Shown: positions 12,980-23,845, counted from the first letter of the stretch. The stretch: DNA of 64,000 bases from an uncultured Nitrospiraceae bacterium (GCA_963811165.1 CAWEQH010000004.1:640001-704000), one strand, 5' to 3'. Translations and numbers: made by a program. Notes: generated by a model from the letters alone, not told the origin.

Positions 12980-14319
12980 GTGAAGATATTTTTCTCTGGA
13001 ATAGGCGGCAGCGGGGTTTCATCGATCGCGGGTTTTATGACCGGGAAGGGGCATCAGACGGCGGGTTCGGACCGTCTCTTCGACCTTTATCCGGAACATC
13101 AGGTCTGCAGGAAGCTGAAGGAAAAAGGCGTTGCCATATTCCCCCAGGACGGAAGCGGCATCGACGGATCAACCGAGCTTGCGGTATTCAGTACGGCTGT
13201 TGAGAGGGACAACCCTGATTTCATGAAGGCGGAGGGACTCCGGGTCCCCCTCAGGACGCGGCCGCAATATCTGACGGAAATAGTCTCGGACTTCAGCACC
13301 GTCGCTGTAGCAGGCACGAGCGGTAAATCAACGATATCGGGCATGCTCGCTTTTTTGATGCAGGGGCTTGGACTTGGCCCGAATTTCATAGGGGGGGACG
13401 GGTAAAACAATTCAGGGCGACCGGCAACCCGGGAAATTTTCTGACCGGCCCTTCGGACACTCTGATTGTGGAGGCCTGCGAATCAGACGGCACGCTTGTG
13501 GATTATATGCCGTCTTGCACGATTATTTCTAACCTGGACCTTGACCATCATTCCATCCCGGAGACAGGCCGTATGTTTGAACGGCTGGCTGAAAATACCT
13601 CGGGGGTAATAGTCACAGGCGGCGATGACCAAAACCTTGCCTCCTGCAAGATAACAAATGCGGTGAGGTTTTCGATACAGGGAGAATCAGAGTATCGTGC
13701 TACCGATATCGAATATCATCAACTAAGGACGTCCTTCCGGCTCAGGGGGAGAAGCTTCGAGGTTTCTCTTCCCGGAATGCACAACCTCTATAACGCGCTT
13801 GCCTGTATTGCGCTTTTGTCCGAGTTAGGCGTTGCCGGAGAAAAGGTTTCAGAGGTCCTTCCCGGGTTTACCGGGATAGAGAGAAGGTTCGATGTGCATC
13901 TCAATGACGGGAGGCATCTCGTTGTGGATGATTATGCCCACAACCCGCATAAGATCCAGAGCCTCATGGAGACGATGCAGACGCTGAGCGGCAACTTAGC
14001 TTACATATTCCAGCCCCACGGCTTTGGGCCGACAAGGCTTATGAAGGACGGATACATAAGGACGTTCTCCGGACTGCTGAGGCCGTCTGATGCCCTTTTC
14101 CTTCTGCCTGTCTATTACGCAGGCGGCACCGCAGCCAAAGACATCTCGAGCCGGGACATTGCCGAAGGGGTTAAGGCCTCCGGCCGGTCCGTCTCGGTCC
14201 TCGAAGACCGTGCGGAGATTTTCGATATGCTTGGGAAATGGGATAGCTATGTCGTGTTTGGCGCGAGGGACGACTCCCTCTCGGATTTTGCGGAAGAGAT
14301 AGCGGGGAGATTGAGGTGA
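12980..14319 (+). pseudogene. MurC/Mpl-like Mur ligase split by a 1-nt frameshift at a G7 run (13391-13397); may be a sequencing artefact
   Basis: GIGGSG and AGTSGKST in ORF 12980-13405; EACESDG, HNLYNA and DDYAHNP in ORF 13468-14319. One extra G gives a continuous ...FIGGGRVKQFRATGNPGNF... Confidence 0.85.
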
Positions 14320-14458
14320 GAGCCAAGGAGTTCATAAAAAAGCCACGTAGATCAGGCATAGCTGCTGCGTCCCCGGAAAGATGCCCTCTCTTGCAGAAAT
14401 GAGGTCGGAGAAGGGCGAATCGCATAACGCATAGTGATAGGGCGGGTCTAATCCTGTC

Positions 14459-14752
14459 TTATTGAGCTGCGGGAATAGATATCGGAAGGATTTCCTTTAT
14501 CAGTCCTGTTATATATGCCGCTGCATCAGCCCTTTGCTCATAGCAGTTTTCTTTGTCCTTTTTCCGTTCCACCTTATGAGTATCCAGGTCTATCGTGATC
14601 ACTTCGACACAATAGCGGGAGTCCTTTAGCGCAACCCCGTAAGCCCAGAGTAACCCATTAGCGTCCTTGCCGATGGTCCCTCTGCTGAGAGGTTTCCGAA
14701 ACTCACTCCGAATTACGTCCTCAACCGAGAAATACGATGTCTTCTTTTTCAT
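14459..14752 (-). CDS. Hypothetical protein
   Basis: 97-aa ORF abutting the upstream 73-aa ORF; no recognised motif. Confidence 0.55.
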   Translation of the reverse strand: MKKKTSYFSVEDVIRSEFRKPLSRGTIGKDANGLLWAYGVALKDSRYCVEVITIDLDTHKVERKKDKENCYEQRADAAAYITGLIKEILPISIPAAQ

Positions 14753-14974
14753 TTAGTTGTCCAAATGCATTAACTGAAGCATGTCCTCGACCATTTCTTC
14801 GGCTGTATATTTTCCGCTTTCAAGGTCGACAAGAGCCGCAGATATGAAGGCTATTTGTTGATCAGCAGAACCCGCATCTCCCACCCAATCTTCGACCATC
14901 TCCCTGGTAATATCCTTGTTTGCTGTCTGCGCCTTTTTCGTCAGGGCATTATATAAGTTATCTAATGTAGCCAT
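14753..14974 (-). CDS. Hypothetical small acidic protein
   Basis: 73 aa with SD-like GAGGGTG before the ATG. Confidence 0.6.
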   Translation of the reverse strand: MATLDNLYNALTKKAQTANKDITREMVEDWVGDAGSADQQIAFISAALVDLESGKYTAEEMVEDMLQLMHLDN

Positions 14975-15127
14975 TTTTCACCCTCTTATCTTTGAATATA
15001 CCTATTATATCATGCAGAGCACTGATAAGACGTTCTAAAAGGTTTTGCGGGCCGAGTGCGGGCCGAGTACTCTTGACTATTCCTGGGGATGGAGTAGAAT
15101 GAGAGTAATCTTATCAAGGAGGACAAC

Positions 15128-15253
15128 ATGAGCAAAGAAATCAACAAACCAAAGCCGAATGCAAAGAAAAAAGCGCAGCACACACTGAAAGAAAAAAGAC
15201 AGGCAAAAAAAGAAAAGGCTGGGGGGAAGTCAATCCAGATGATGCCTAGTTGA
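15128..15253 (+). CDS. Small Lys-rich protein (41 aa), absent from the ORF track
   Basis: MSKEINKPKPNAKKKAQHTLKEKRQAKKEKAGGKSIQMMPS*; SD AAGGAGG and an upstream TTGACT-N16-TAGAAT. Confidence 0.72.
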   Translation: MSKEINKPKPNAKKKAQHTLKEKRQAKKEKAGGKSIQMMPS

Positions 15254-15292
15254 GTATAGAGCGTTCATCTTGGCATAGAAACAGAGCGTGCC

Positions 15293-17820
15293 TCACTCGA
15301 AACTGATGAACCTCTTGGGGTCTATCCTGCGCGCGACGTTCAGGGGGATGAAGCCGGCCAAAAGCGTAATGAGGAAGAGCATGGACGTTACGAGAGTGAG
15401 GGAAAGCAAGGGTACGCGGAAGTGTATCTCCCAGCCGAAGGATACTTTATTGATGACCTCTATGAAGATCACACTCATCAGCGGCCCCATGATTCCGCCG
15501 AGCAGTATCCCGGCGACACCGACGATGCCGGCGGAAAGGACCAAGATGACGCGAATCTGGTCCCAGCCCCCCCAAGATATCTGAAAATGCTGATCTCCCT
15601 TTTTCTCTCGAGTACGAGCGCCAGGAGGGTATTGATTACGCCGATAAGTGAGACGATAATCGATATCAGTTCTATCGCGTAGGTTATCGCAAAGGTCCTG
15701 TCAAAGATAGATAGTACTTTGGCTCTAAGCTGAGCCGTGTTCGTTATCTCAAGCGAATACCGGGAGGACAGCATCTCTTTCAGGCGTCCGATGAAACCGT
15801 TCACGTCGACCTCTTTCTTTAGATAAATGCCCAGCTGCGTCGCGTCGTCTAGTCCCCAGTATTCCTTGAGCCATCTTCTGTCGAGGTACACAAACCCCGA
15901 AGTCGTCGAATAACTGCTGAAGATATCGCTGATGACAAAGCGCTTCATGCCTTTAGGCGTTCGGATCTCTACCTTGTCTCCGACTTTAAGCCCGAATTTT
16001 ATGCCCAGGAACGTTGAGACCCCTATCGTCCTGTCACTGCCGCCATTTTGCGGCAAGGGCTTACCTTCCCCCGCGTTTTGGAAATGGCCGAACCGCCGCC
16101 GCACGTCCCTGTCCCCGAAGCCCGCGACGATCTGTCTGCCCTGAAAGTCGATCCGCAAGGTCCTGAATCTGTCGACGCCCGCGACCTCATGGAGGCCTTC
16201 TACCGTCTTAATAAGTTCATCGGAGAGAGGGAAAAAACAGAAATTAGACCTGCAGGAGGCCGGTTTTACATAGACGTCTGCGGCTATGTTTTTATTTATC
16301 CAGATCTTAAGCGAGTCCCTGAAGGAAAAGATAAGAGTCAGCAGCGCAAAGATAAGGGCGCTGCTTATGGCGACTCCCATCAGCGCGACTGAGAACCTGT
16401 AAATGCTTCCTCTTATGTCCCCTACGGTGATGGCCCCCGCCGAAGGGAACAGCCTCTCCACAGGTCTTTTAAGTGCGGTCAGCAGTGTCGCAAGACAGAA
16501 AGGCGAGAGAAAGGTGAACCCCAGGATGATGAGAAGGATGCCCGCATAGGCCAGGAAAGGAAAATCGTAAGGCGTAGAGCGGTAATCGATGTATGACGAG
16601 GCGCAACCTGCCGCGATAAAGACGACGCCGGTCACGGCGGAGATACCCCTGTGGGCGGCGTATCTGATTTCGAAGGTCCCTTCTTTGGCACTTTCAGTCG
16701 GTCTGACGCGCGCTGCCTCGAAAGAGGGGATCGCGGATGCCAGGAGAGAGACAATAACGCCAAGCGCCAGGGCAAGGACAATATCTCCTTTAGGAATGAG
16801 ATAATCAGATATCGATATCGTATGGTACATAGTCGTGATCGTCTTTTCGACCGCGGTAACCGAAAAATAGGCGGCGGCCTGCCCGACGAAAATTCCGAAT
16901 ACCGACCCGGCGACTCCAAGGACCATGCCCTGAATGACGAAGAGCAGGACGACCGTTTTTTTTGAGATGCCGAGGCCGCGGAGGACCCCGATCTCGGTCC
17001 TCCTCTTTACGACAGAGACAAAGATGGTGTTATAGAGCAAAAAGATGCCGACAAGTATGGCGATGAGGCTTACGAACTGCAGATTATATCTGAAGGACTT
17101 GAGCAGCGACTTCTGGTTCTGTATCGCCAGGTCTTTCCTCCCGATGGAAAGGGAAGGGGGGAGTATCTTTTGTATCTCCGACGCGGTCTTATCGTCTGTT
17201 TCGACATCGATCCTGGATAGATACCCTGCCTTCCCGAAATATTCCTGGAAATTCCCGAGGTCCATGATAAAGGTATTTGCAGTAAGCGACGCCTCATCAA
17301 TAACGTCTGCGACCTTCAGAGGGAATTCCCCATCGTACACGTAGGCCCGGAAGGTGTCTCCTTTTCTGAGAGAATGCGAGGCGGCGAAGTCTTTCGTGAC
17401 GATAACCCCGTTTAGGTCCCTGAAATAGTCCTGGAAGCGGCCGCCTTTACGCGGAGAGAGGGTAAGAAACCCCGCTGTCCTGACGATATCGATGCCGTAT
17501 ATGTCGACCGTATCCTTCATTGCCGGCAGGTAGCCGTCCGCCTTTAACACGGGGAAACTTTTTTCTCCGGTTTGCCGGACGGACGGATATATGCCTTCCG
17601 GAAAGTCTGTCCCTGCCGTATCGAGGATTTCGTAATTGGCATAAGGGTTGGCCCCCCTGATGTCTGCCTCAAAGGAGGACACCGCCTTGTCGGAGGCGAC
17701 CTTTACACCCGTAAAGAGTCCGATGCCCAGGGCGACTCCGATTACGGAAAGGACGGTAAGAAACTTTTCCCGCCTCATGTTTTTAAGGACAATGACCCTG
17801 ATGAGCTCAAGAAACGTCAC
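15293..17820 (-). CDS. FtsX/MacB-like ABC permease (AttF/G-like) with a frameshift near the C-terminus at a C7/G7 run (15567-15573)
   Basis: Two FtsX-type TM clusters (RRTEIGVLRGLG; ERKREISIFRYLG). Adding one G gives RYLGGGWDQIRVILVLSAGIVG, which joins ORF 15293-15544. Confidence 0.85.
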
Positions 17821-18461
17821 TGACGGATCACCCCGTCTTTGATCCTGACGGTTCTGGAGGCGTACCGTGAAACATATTCCTCATGGGTCACAAGCAGAAT
17901 AGTTTTCCTCGTCTCTTCCCTGAGCGCTATCAGGAGTTCCATGATCCCCTGTCCGGTCAGGCTGTCGAGACTCCCGGTCGGTTCGTCCGCAAGGATAATA
18001 TCGGGGTCGTGGACAAGGGCCCTGGCGATCGCCACGCGCTGCTGCTCTCCGCCTGAGAGCTGATGGGGATAGCTTTGTTTTTTTCCTTCGAGGCCGACCC
18101 GCCTGACAAACGTATGGGCCTTCTCTTCCCCCCTGATGCCGTTGAGGAGCAGGGGGATCCTCACGTTCTCGATGACGGTGATGTTGGGAAGGAGGTTGAA
18201 AAACTGAAATACAAAACCTATCCGCCTCCTTCGGTAGAGAGTGAGCTTCTCATCGCCAAGGGAGGATATCTCGTCTTTTTCGACGAAAACCTTGCCCGCA
18301 TCTGCCCTGTCCATACCTCCGATGATGTTCAGCAAGGTCGATTTACCCGATCCCGAACTGCCCGTCACCGCGACGAACTCACCTTCGGCTACGCTCAGAT
18401 CGATACCTCTCAGGACATGTGCAGTCCCATAATATTTTTGCACGCCCTCAAGTCTTATCAT
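17817..18461 (-). CDS. ABC transporter ATP-binding protein (LolD/MacB-like)
   Basis: [30 protein letters not shown]. Confidence 0.95.
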   Translation of the reverse strand: MIRLEGVQKYYGTAHVLRGIDLSVAEGEFVAVTGSSGSGKSTLLNIIGGMDRADAGKVFVEKDEISSLGDEKLTLYRRRRIGFVFQFFNLLPNITVIENVRIPLLLNGIRGEEKAHTFVRRVGLEGKKQSYPHQLSGGEQQRVAIARALVHDPDIILADEPTGSLDSLTGQGIMELLIALREETRKTILLVTHEEYVSRYASRTVRIKDGVIRQ

Positions 18462-18465
18462 TTGC

Positions 18466-19521
18466 TTAGTATCCCGTCAGCTCCACGTACGCACGCCCCG
18501 TTGTGTTTCCTTCGACCTTGCATGCCCCCTCCCAATAATAGTTCCCGGTGGAATATGACGCGGCGAATTCCTGTTCGTTCAGAAGAGGCGTCACCTTCAG
18601 GTCGAGGCCCTCTGCCGGTATACGGACTTCCCACTCAGAAGGATAGCGGGCGCCTGTCTTTGTCGATCTATAATGTCTGAGCGCCGTTATCCCGAAATCA
18701 TCTACACTCAGGTGTCTGTATCTGCCATCCCGGTACACAACGGTGCCCGAGGAGTATCTGTCGACAGTCCCGTCGGTCTTTCTCATCGCATAAATCATTA
18801 TCTCTCGGCCGTCGTCGAGCTGCAGCGCAAACCAGTCCCATCCCTTTTCACTCTTCCCCATTTTCCCCGATGAGATTTCCCTGTCGAACCAGCTCTTGCC
18901 GTGCACCAGGGACGTCTCCTTCCCGACCTTCAAACTTCCTTCGGTCACCAGGTCCGTATAGGAGAAATACCATGAGGCGATCTCAGGAGATTCTTCCGAT
19001 TTCCGTGAGTAGCCGTTTTTGCCGTGTAATACGACGGGTTTGCCTGGGACCAGTGTAAGGTCCAGGGCCGTGTCAAGGCCTCTTGCCCTGAGGTGCATCT
19101 TTTTAGGATTTCCCCCCAGCTCGTTGCTTTCCACCCAGACTCTAATATCCTCCCTTTCGGCGCCCGCAAAGCCGTATGCCCCTGAATCGGACTTCTCGGA
19201 AGTATAAAATTTCCTTCCGGCGACGTCCGTGACGGCGAAGTGAGAGATGTAAATGTTGTCCACTCCGAATTTCGATTTGTATACCCTTGTCTGGACCCCA
19301 ACGACGAAAAAGGTGAGTTCGTATCCGTATTCATGTCCCTCCCGGTCGAAAAGATGGCCGGTGAAGTACCACCACTGGACCCTGTAGCCATCTTTGTAGT
19401 AAAAGTCTTCCGGAAATTTGAGTGCGTAGTCCTGTGAAATCCCCCGAAACTCCTCCGCAGATGCGACCCCGAGAAAAAAAATGAGGATCAGCCCTGAAAA
19501 CATAAATCTCTTTATCACCAC
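18466..19521 (-). CDS. Secreted AttH/CrtC-like lipocalin-domain protein
   Basis: Signal peptide, QWWYFTG, WFDRE, GWDWFALQL, YWEG and YVELTGY motifs. Confidence 0.85.
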   Translation of the reverse strand: MVIKRFMFSGLILIFFLGVASAEEFRGISQDYALKFPEDFYYKDGYRVQWWYFTGHLFDREGHEYGYELTFFVVGVQTRVYKSKFGVDNIYISHFAVTDVAGRKFYTSEKSDSGAYGFAGAEREDIRVWVESNELGGNPKKMHLRARGLDTALDLTLVPGKPVVLHGKNGYSRKSEESPEIASWYFSYTDLVTEGSLKVGKETSLVHGKSWFDREISSGKMGKSEKGWDWFALQLDDGREIMIYAMRKTDGTVDRYSSGTVVYRDGRYRHLSVDDFGITALRHYRSTKTGARYPSEWEVRIPAEGLDLKVTPLLNEQEFAASYSTGNYYWEGACKVEGNTTGRAYVELTGY

Positions 19522-19664
19522 GCATCATCCGAGAGAATATTTTCATTATCGCCAGCAGCAGACATACCACTATTATAATGTGCGTGACAACATTATCAAT
19601 CTTTTGTAAGTAATATGAAGAGGACAAATGGAATCCCTCCCGAAATGCTGGTAGACTGTAATCG

Positions 19665-20717
19665 ATGCCGGCGAAAAGCAAAGAGATGGAAGCAAACGAG
19701 AACGCCCAACTTAAACTTGAGCGCCTGAGAGAGGTATGCGAAAGGGCAAAGGATGTCTATGTAATAATTTACTCAAATCCGGACCCGGACGCGCTGGCGA
19801 GCGCTCTGGCCCTTAAAAAAATACTTGAGACACAGAAGCGCGAAGTCAATATAGGCTACACGGGGGCACTCGGGAGGCCCGAGAACGCCTCTATGATAAG
19901 GCAGCTAAGAATACCTGCATCTCCGGTAAGCGAGTCGAAGGCTGCGCAATCCGACATCATCGCGCTGGTTGATTCCCAGCCCCAGTTCTTCACCGACTTC
20001 AGCCTCCCTCGTTGTGATATCGTGATAGACCACCATCCGGTCCCGGATCGAATCCCGGCCCGATTTGCCGACATACGACCTAACTACCAGTCCACTTCAT
20101 CGATAATGACGGAATACCTGAGGGCCGCAGGCGTACGTCTTACCAGGGGTCTTGCAAGTGCGCTCTTTTACGGGATTAAAACGGACACGCGCCATTTTAT
20201 GGGCGACATGAGCCGCGGCGATGTGGAGGCCGTAAGATGGCTCAGGGGCAAAGCGGACAGGGACATTGTCAAACAGATAGAATTCTCGCAATTTTCCCGG
20301 GAGGGATTGGACTACTTCACCATTGCACTTGTCAGAAGGCGTTTCGTCAAAGGCGTCATGTTCTCGCATTTGGGCCCGGTGCCGTTTTTTGACGTGTGCG
20401 TGCAGGTGGCGGATTTTTTTATCAGGGTGGAAAACGTCTCCTGGGCGATGGTAACCGGAGTGGTAGGCGATACACTGGTGATAGTCTTCCGAAACGACGG
20501 CATCAAGAAAGACGCTGGCTTCCTGGCACGCACGGCCTTCGGCGCGGTAGGCAGCGCCGGAGGGCATAAGTCCATGGGGCGTGCCGAGGTCAGGCAGGAT
20601 GCCCTGCCAAACGGGCTTCTTCTCTCTAATAACAGGGGCGTCGAGAAGTTCGTGCTCGCATCACTGGCAAAGATCGACCCTGTATTTCTCCCGGTCCTGA
20701 GGTCTCTCGGAAAATGA
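19665..20717 (+). CDS. DHH family phosphoesterase
   Basis: NPDPDALAS, VIDHH, GIKTDT, AGGH. Confidence 0.9.
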   Translation: MPAKSKEMEANENAQLKLERLREVCERAKDVYVIIYSNPDPDALASALALKKILETQKREVNIGYTGALGRPENASMIRQLRIPASPVSESKAAQSDIIALVDSQPQFFTDFSLPRCDIVIDHHPVPDRIPARFADIRPNYQSTSSIMTEYLRAAGVRLTRGLASALFYGIKTDTRHFMGDMSRGDVEAVRWLRGKADRDIVKQIEFSQFSREGLDYFTIALVRRRFVKGVMFSHLGPVPFFDVCVQVADFFIRVENVSWAMVTGVVGDTLVIVFRNDGIKKDAGFLARTAFGAVGSAGGHKSMGRAEVRQDALPNGLLLSNNRGVEKFVLASLAKIDPVFLPVLRSLGK

Positions 20718-20752
20718 TTCTGATCTGCCCCCTTACGGAAAGATGATGGCCG

Positions 20753-21604
20753 TCAGGCAGATACCAGTCTCTTGAAATCCTTAATCAGTGAAAGGGTCAG
20801 AGGTCCGGGTCTGCCGTTTCCTATGAGCCTTCCGTCCACATCTACTACCGGCACGAGTTCCGCCCCTGTTCCTGTCATGAAGCATTCGTCCGCAGTATAG
20901 ACATCATACTGTGAGATGTCCGCCTCCACGCATTCTATACCCCCTGCCTTTGCGAGCTCAAACACTGTCCTCATCGTAATACCGTCCAGGGCGCCTTTGC
21001 AGGGATGCGGCGTCAGGAGTCTTGCCGATTTAACTATAAAAATATTGTCCGCTGTGCATTCTGCGACGAGCCCCTCTTTGGTAAGCATCAGCGCCTCTGT
21101 AGCGCCCGAGCGACGGGCCTCTATCTTCGCAAGAATATTGTTCAGGTAGTTAAGCGATTTGATCCTCGGGTCGAGACACTCAGGAGGCATCCTCCTGGTC
21201 GAAGCCGTAATGATCTTCACCCCGTGTGTGTACAGTTCCTCGGGATAAAGCTGGATATCGCCGACGATGATTATTACCGTCGGTTTTTTGCATGAGCCCG
21301 GGTCGATACCGAGAGCACCTTCGCCTCGCGTGACGACGAGCCTGATATAGCCGTTTTGCTTTCCGTTGATTTCCACGGTCTTTAGAACCGCTGCCTCCAT
21401 ATCTTTTTCTTTCATGGGTATCTCAAGAGCAAGCGCCCCTGCGCTTTGGTAAAGTCTCCCGATATGTTCCTTGAGTTTGAAGACCTTCCCGTGATAGATC
21501 CTGATGCCCTCGAAGACCCCGTCGCCGTAAAGAAGCCCATGGTCGAAGACCGAGATCCTGGCATCTTCCTTGTCACAATACTTCCCGTCGATATAGATTT
21601 TCAT
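20753..21604 (-). CDS. ilvE: Branched-chain amino acid aminotransferase
   Basis: DHGLLYGDGVFEG, YIRLVVTRG, IKSLNY (PLP lysine), LDGIT, TGTGAE. Confidence 0.93.
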   Translation of the reverse strand: MKIYIDGKYCDKEDARISVFDHGLLYGDGVFEGIRIYHGKVFKLKEHIGRLYQSAGALALEIPMKEKDMEAAVLKTVEINGKQNGYIRLVVTRGEGALGIDPGSCKKPTVIIIVGDIQLYPEELYTHGVKIITASTRRMPPECLDPRIKSLNYLNNILAKIEARRSGATEALMLTKEGLVAECTADNIFIVKSARLLTPHPCKGALDGITMRTVFELAKAGGIECVEADISQYDVYTADECFMTGTGAELVPVVDVDGRLIGNGRPGPLTLSLIKDFKRLVSA

Positions 21605-22413
21605 ATCTGCTCCTCATCGTCGAATACATCTCTCATTTTTTCGTATCGTGGACCGAATTTCTCAATAAGTTCCCTATTGAATCTCCTGACCACTTTCATG
21701 ATATAGACATCATGTTTTATATAATCCTCGGCAAGCATGACAAAGCCCCTGTTCGTGCTCCAGGCCCCTTCCACCCTGTCGTCTTTGTATATAGTCGACA
21801 TCAGGGCGGTTTCGGAGTCGGCGACGATCACGAGCCCCCTGCCGCCTTTTTCCTTGTAGAGCGTTTCCTCTATCGGATGAGGGTATACCTGCCCGATCCT
21901 GACTTCCGGCTTCCCGAAGTGGACCATTGCGATGCGCACCCCCTTTGCTTCGGCAGTCTTGAAAAAGGCCTCCAGCGACGCCAGTTCTTCTTTCCATATC
22001 GAAACCAGAAGGCTCCCCCTGGCGTCGAGGATCGTCCTATGGGCCTTCTCCATGAGATAGTCATGATCCAGGATGTTCCATATATATGAGATTGCCGACT
22101 TTTTCGATAGCTGGGAAAGGTCTTCTTCCAGGGCCTTGAGGTTTGTTTCCATGCCGCTTTTGAAGCCTGCGATAAACTCATCCGGGTCTACCGGCATATA
22201 TTTCCTGGCGCCGTCTTCGCCAAGTGTGAAGACCACCTTTTTTTCAGACAGACGGGAGAGGACTTCGTATATCTTCGACGTGGGTATTCCGGATGTCTTT
22301 GCAACTTCGTAGGCGGTAACTGGGTTCTTCGAAAGCAGGGCGACGTATGCCCGTGACTCATATTCCGATAACCCGATAGTCGAGAGTCGTTCTGAAATAG
22401 TAGTAACTACCAT
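21601..22413 (-). CDS. TrmB-family transcriptional regulator
   Basis: GLSEYESRAYVALL...SGIPTSKIYEVL winged HTH plus a C-terminal effector domain. Confidence 0.92.
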   Translation of the reverse strand: MVVTTISERLSTIGLSEYESRAYVALLSKNPVTAYEVAKTSGIPTSKIYEVLSRLSEKKVVFTLGEDGARKYMPVDPDEFIAGFKSGMETNLKALEEDLSQLSKKSAISYIWNILDHDYLMEKAHRTILDARGSLLVSIWKEELASLEAFFKTAEAKGVRIAMVHFGKPEVRIGQVYPHPIEETLYKEKGGRGLVIVADSETALMSTIYKDDRVEGAWSTNRGFVMLAEDYIKHDVYIMKVVRRFNRELIEKFGPRYEKMRDVFDDEEQI

Positions 22414-22428
22414 GGTAGTTACTACTAT
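22397..22428. promoter_or_regulatory. Perfect 32-bp palindrome (putative TrmB operator) overlapping the -10 element and start codon
   Basis: ATAGTAGTAACTACCATGGTAGTTACTACTAT is its own reverse complement; a minus-strand TTGACA-N17-TATAGT overlaps it. Confidence 0.8.
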
Positions 22429-22474
22429 AAATCAAGCCATCAGGCTTGTCAAGGCAATGCAATGTCACTACAGA

Positions 22475-23107
22475 TCAGAAAATCCACCTTCCCTTGCTCA
22501 CCTTTCTCGTGTCGATTCCCCGATAGTCTCCGCCCCTCAACAGATCGATGAAATTGCCGTGATCAATTCTCCCTCGGAATTCCGTGAAGCATGACCCGAC
22601 TTCTTTAGGCTCATGGGCATCGGACCCGCCGGTGAAAGGAATGCCGAGGCCCCGGGCTGTCTCTACGGCCTTCTCATTAAAGGCGCTCATGTTGGCGCCG
22701 TTATAGCCTTCAATGGCGCAGAGCCCCGGCAGGGTCCGCACCATTTCTCCGAGGCTGTTTCCATGTCTGTAGGGGTGGGAGGGAATGACCACCCCTCCGG
22801 CCTTCGTGACGACCTTCAACACCTCCTCTATGGGAGTATGGGGGCTCAGGAGTCTGTCCGTGTCGGCCCCGAATATCAGGCAATGACCTTCGTCCGCTGA
22901 AAACTCGACGCCCCTGAAAACCATTATCGCATCTCTGTATTTTTCCTTCAGCGCTTCGACAGGCTCGGAGGCCCCAAATGAGTAATGTTCGGTAAAGGCT
23001 ATTCCGTGTAACCCCAGTTCAACGGCCCGTATCACTGATTCCTCCGGCTCCGAGTCCGTGTCTCCGCTATATTTTGAATGGACGTGAAGGTCTATTTTAA
23101 AAAGCAT
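22475..23107 (-). CDS. PHP-domain metallophosphoesterase
   Basis: DLHVHS, FTEH, GVE, HPYR, GGSDAH. Confidence 0.9.
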   Translation of the reverse strand: MLFKIDLHVHSKYSGDTDSEPEESVIRAVELGLHGIAFTEHYSFGASEPVEALKEKYRDAIMVFRGVEFSADEGHCLIFGADTDRLLSPHTPIEEVLKVVTKAGGVVIPSHPYRHGNSLGEMVRTLPGLCAIEGYNGANMSAFNEKAVETARGLGIPFTGGSDAHEPKEVGSCFTEFRGRIDHGNFIDLLRGGDYRGIDTRKVSKGRWIF

Positions 23108-23134
23108 TTATTATCATACCAGGGAAGAGGTCCT

Positions 23135-23845
23135 TCAGAACAGCCGTGAAAGAAGGGCAGGCACCGCGGACTCCACACTGAGGGTCCTTTCTCCCATGCG
23201 CACGGGTAGAAACCCGCAAGCCGTGAATTTTTCCGCCTCGTAAGGGATGAAGCCGCCTTCCGGGCCTACGGCAAGCGTAACCGGGTTCTCAAGCCCCCTC
23301 GGGCATAATGCCGGGGCCTGCGGGTGGGCCAGCAGCGCGGTGGTATCCCTGATGATGTGTGGCAGCTCATCTTCGACGAAAGGTTTAAAAAGGGGCCGGA
23401 CGATGACCTCGGGCATGATAGTATCCCGCGCCAGTTCAAGGCCTAAGACCAACTGCATCTCGATCTTTTCTTTTTTTAGGACCGGACTTTGCCAGAAGCT
23501 TTTTTCCACACGGTATGAATTGATAAGTATGATTTTTTTCACACCCATCGAGCTTGCCGTCGTAAGTGTTCTCCTAAGGACCTTGGGCCTGGGAAGAGCG
23601 AGGACGAGCGTAACCGGAAGCGAAGGAGGAGGGGCAAGACCCAACTGCACGTCCATTTCAAGGTACGTAGCGGTGAGACCTGTAATTCTGCCTTTGCCTA
23701 TTTCGCCCCCCACCATGCCCACACAAAGCTCCTCTCCCGGCGAGGCGCGATGGACATCGAGGACGTGTGTGAGACGCCGGCCTCCCAGCCGTACCTTTTC
23801 GTTGCCGTTTACAAAATCATCTTTGAAAAGAAGGATGAGATTCAT
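23135..23845 (-). CDS. rsmE: 16S rRNA m3U1498 methyltransferase
   Basis: HVLDVHR, LALPRPK, VGPEGGF, GERTLSVESA SPOUT motifs. Confidence 0.9.
   Translation of the reverse strand: MNLILLFKDDFVNGNEKVRLGGRRLTHVLDVHRASPGEELCVGMVGGEIGKGRITGLTATYLEMDVQLGLAPPPSLPVTLVLALPRPKVLRRTLTTASSMGVKKIILINSYRVEKSFWQSPVLKKEKIEMQLVLGLELARDTIMPEVIVRPLFKPFVEDELPHIIRDTTALLAHPQAPALCPRGLENPVTLAVGPEGGFIPYEAEKFTACGFLPVRMGERTLSVESAVPALLSRLF

Noticed and set aside
14330..14458. Possible integron attC-like sites (GCATAAC) here and near 62427
   Set aside because: No matching complementary core or convincing hairpin, and no integrase in the window.
22412..22594. Plus-strand ORF starting MVVTTI, like the TrmB gene
   Set aside because: A by-product of the palindrome; it overlaps the PHP gene antisense and has no recognisable features.
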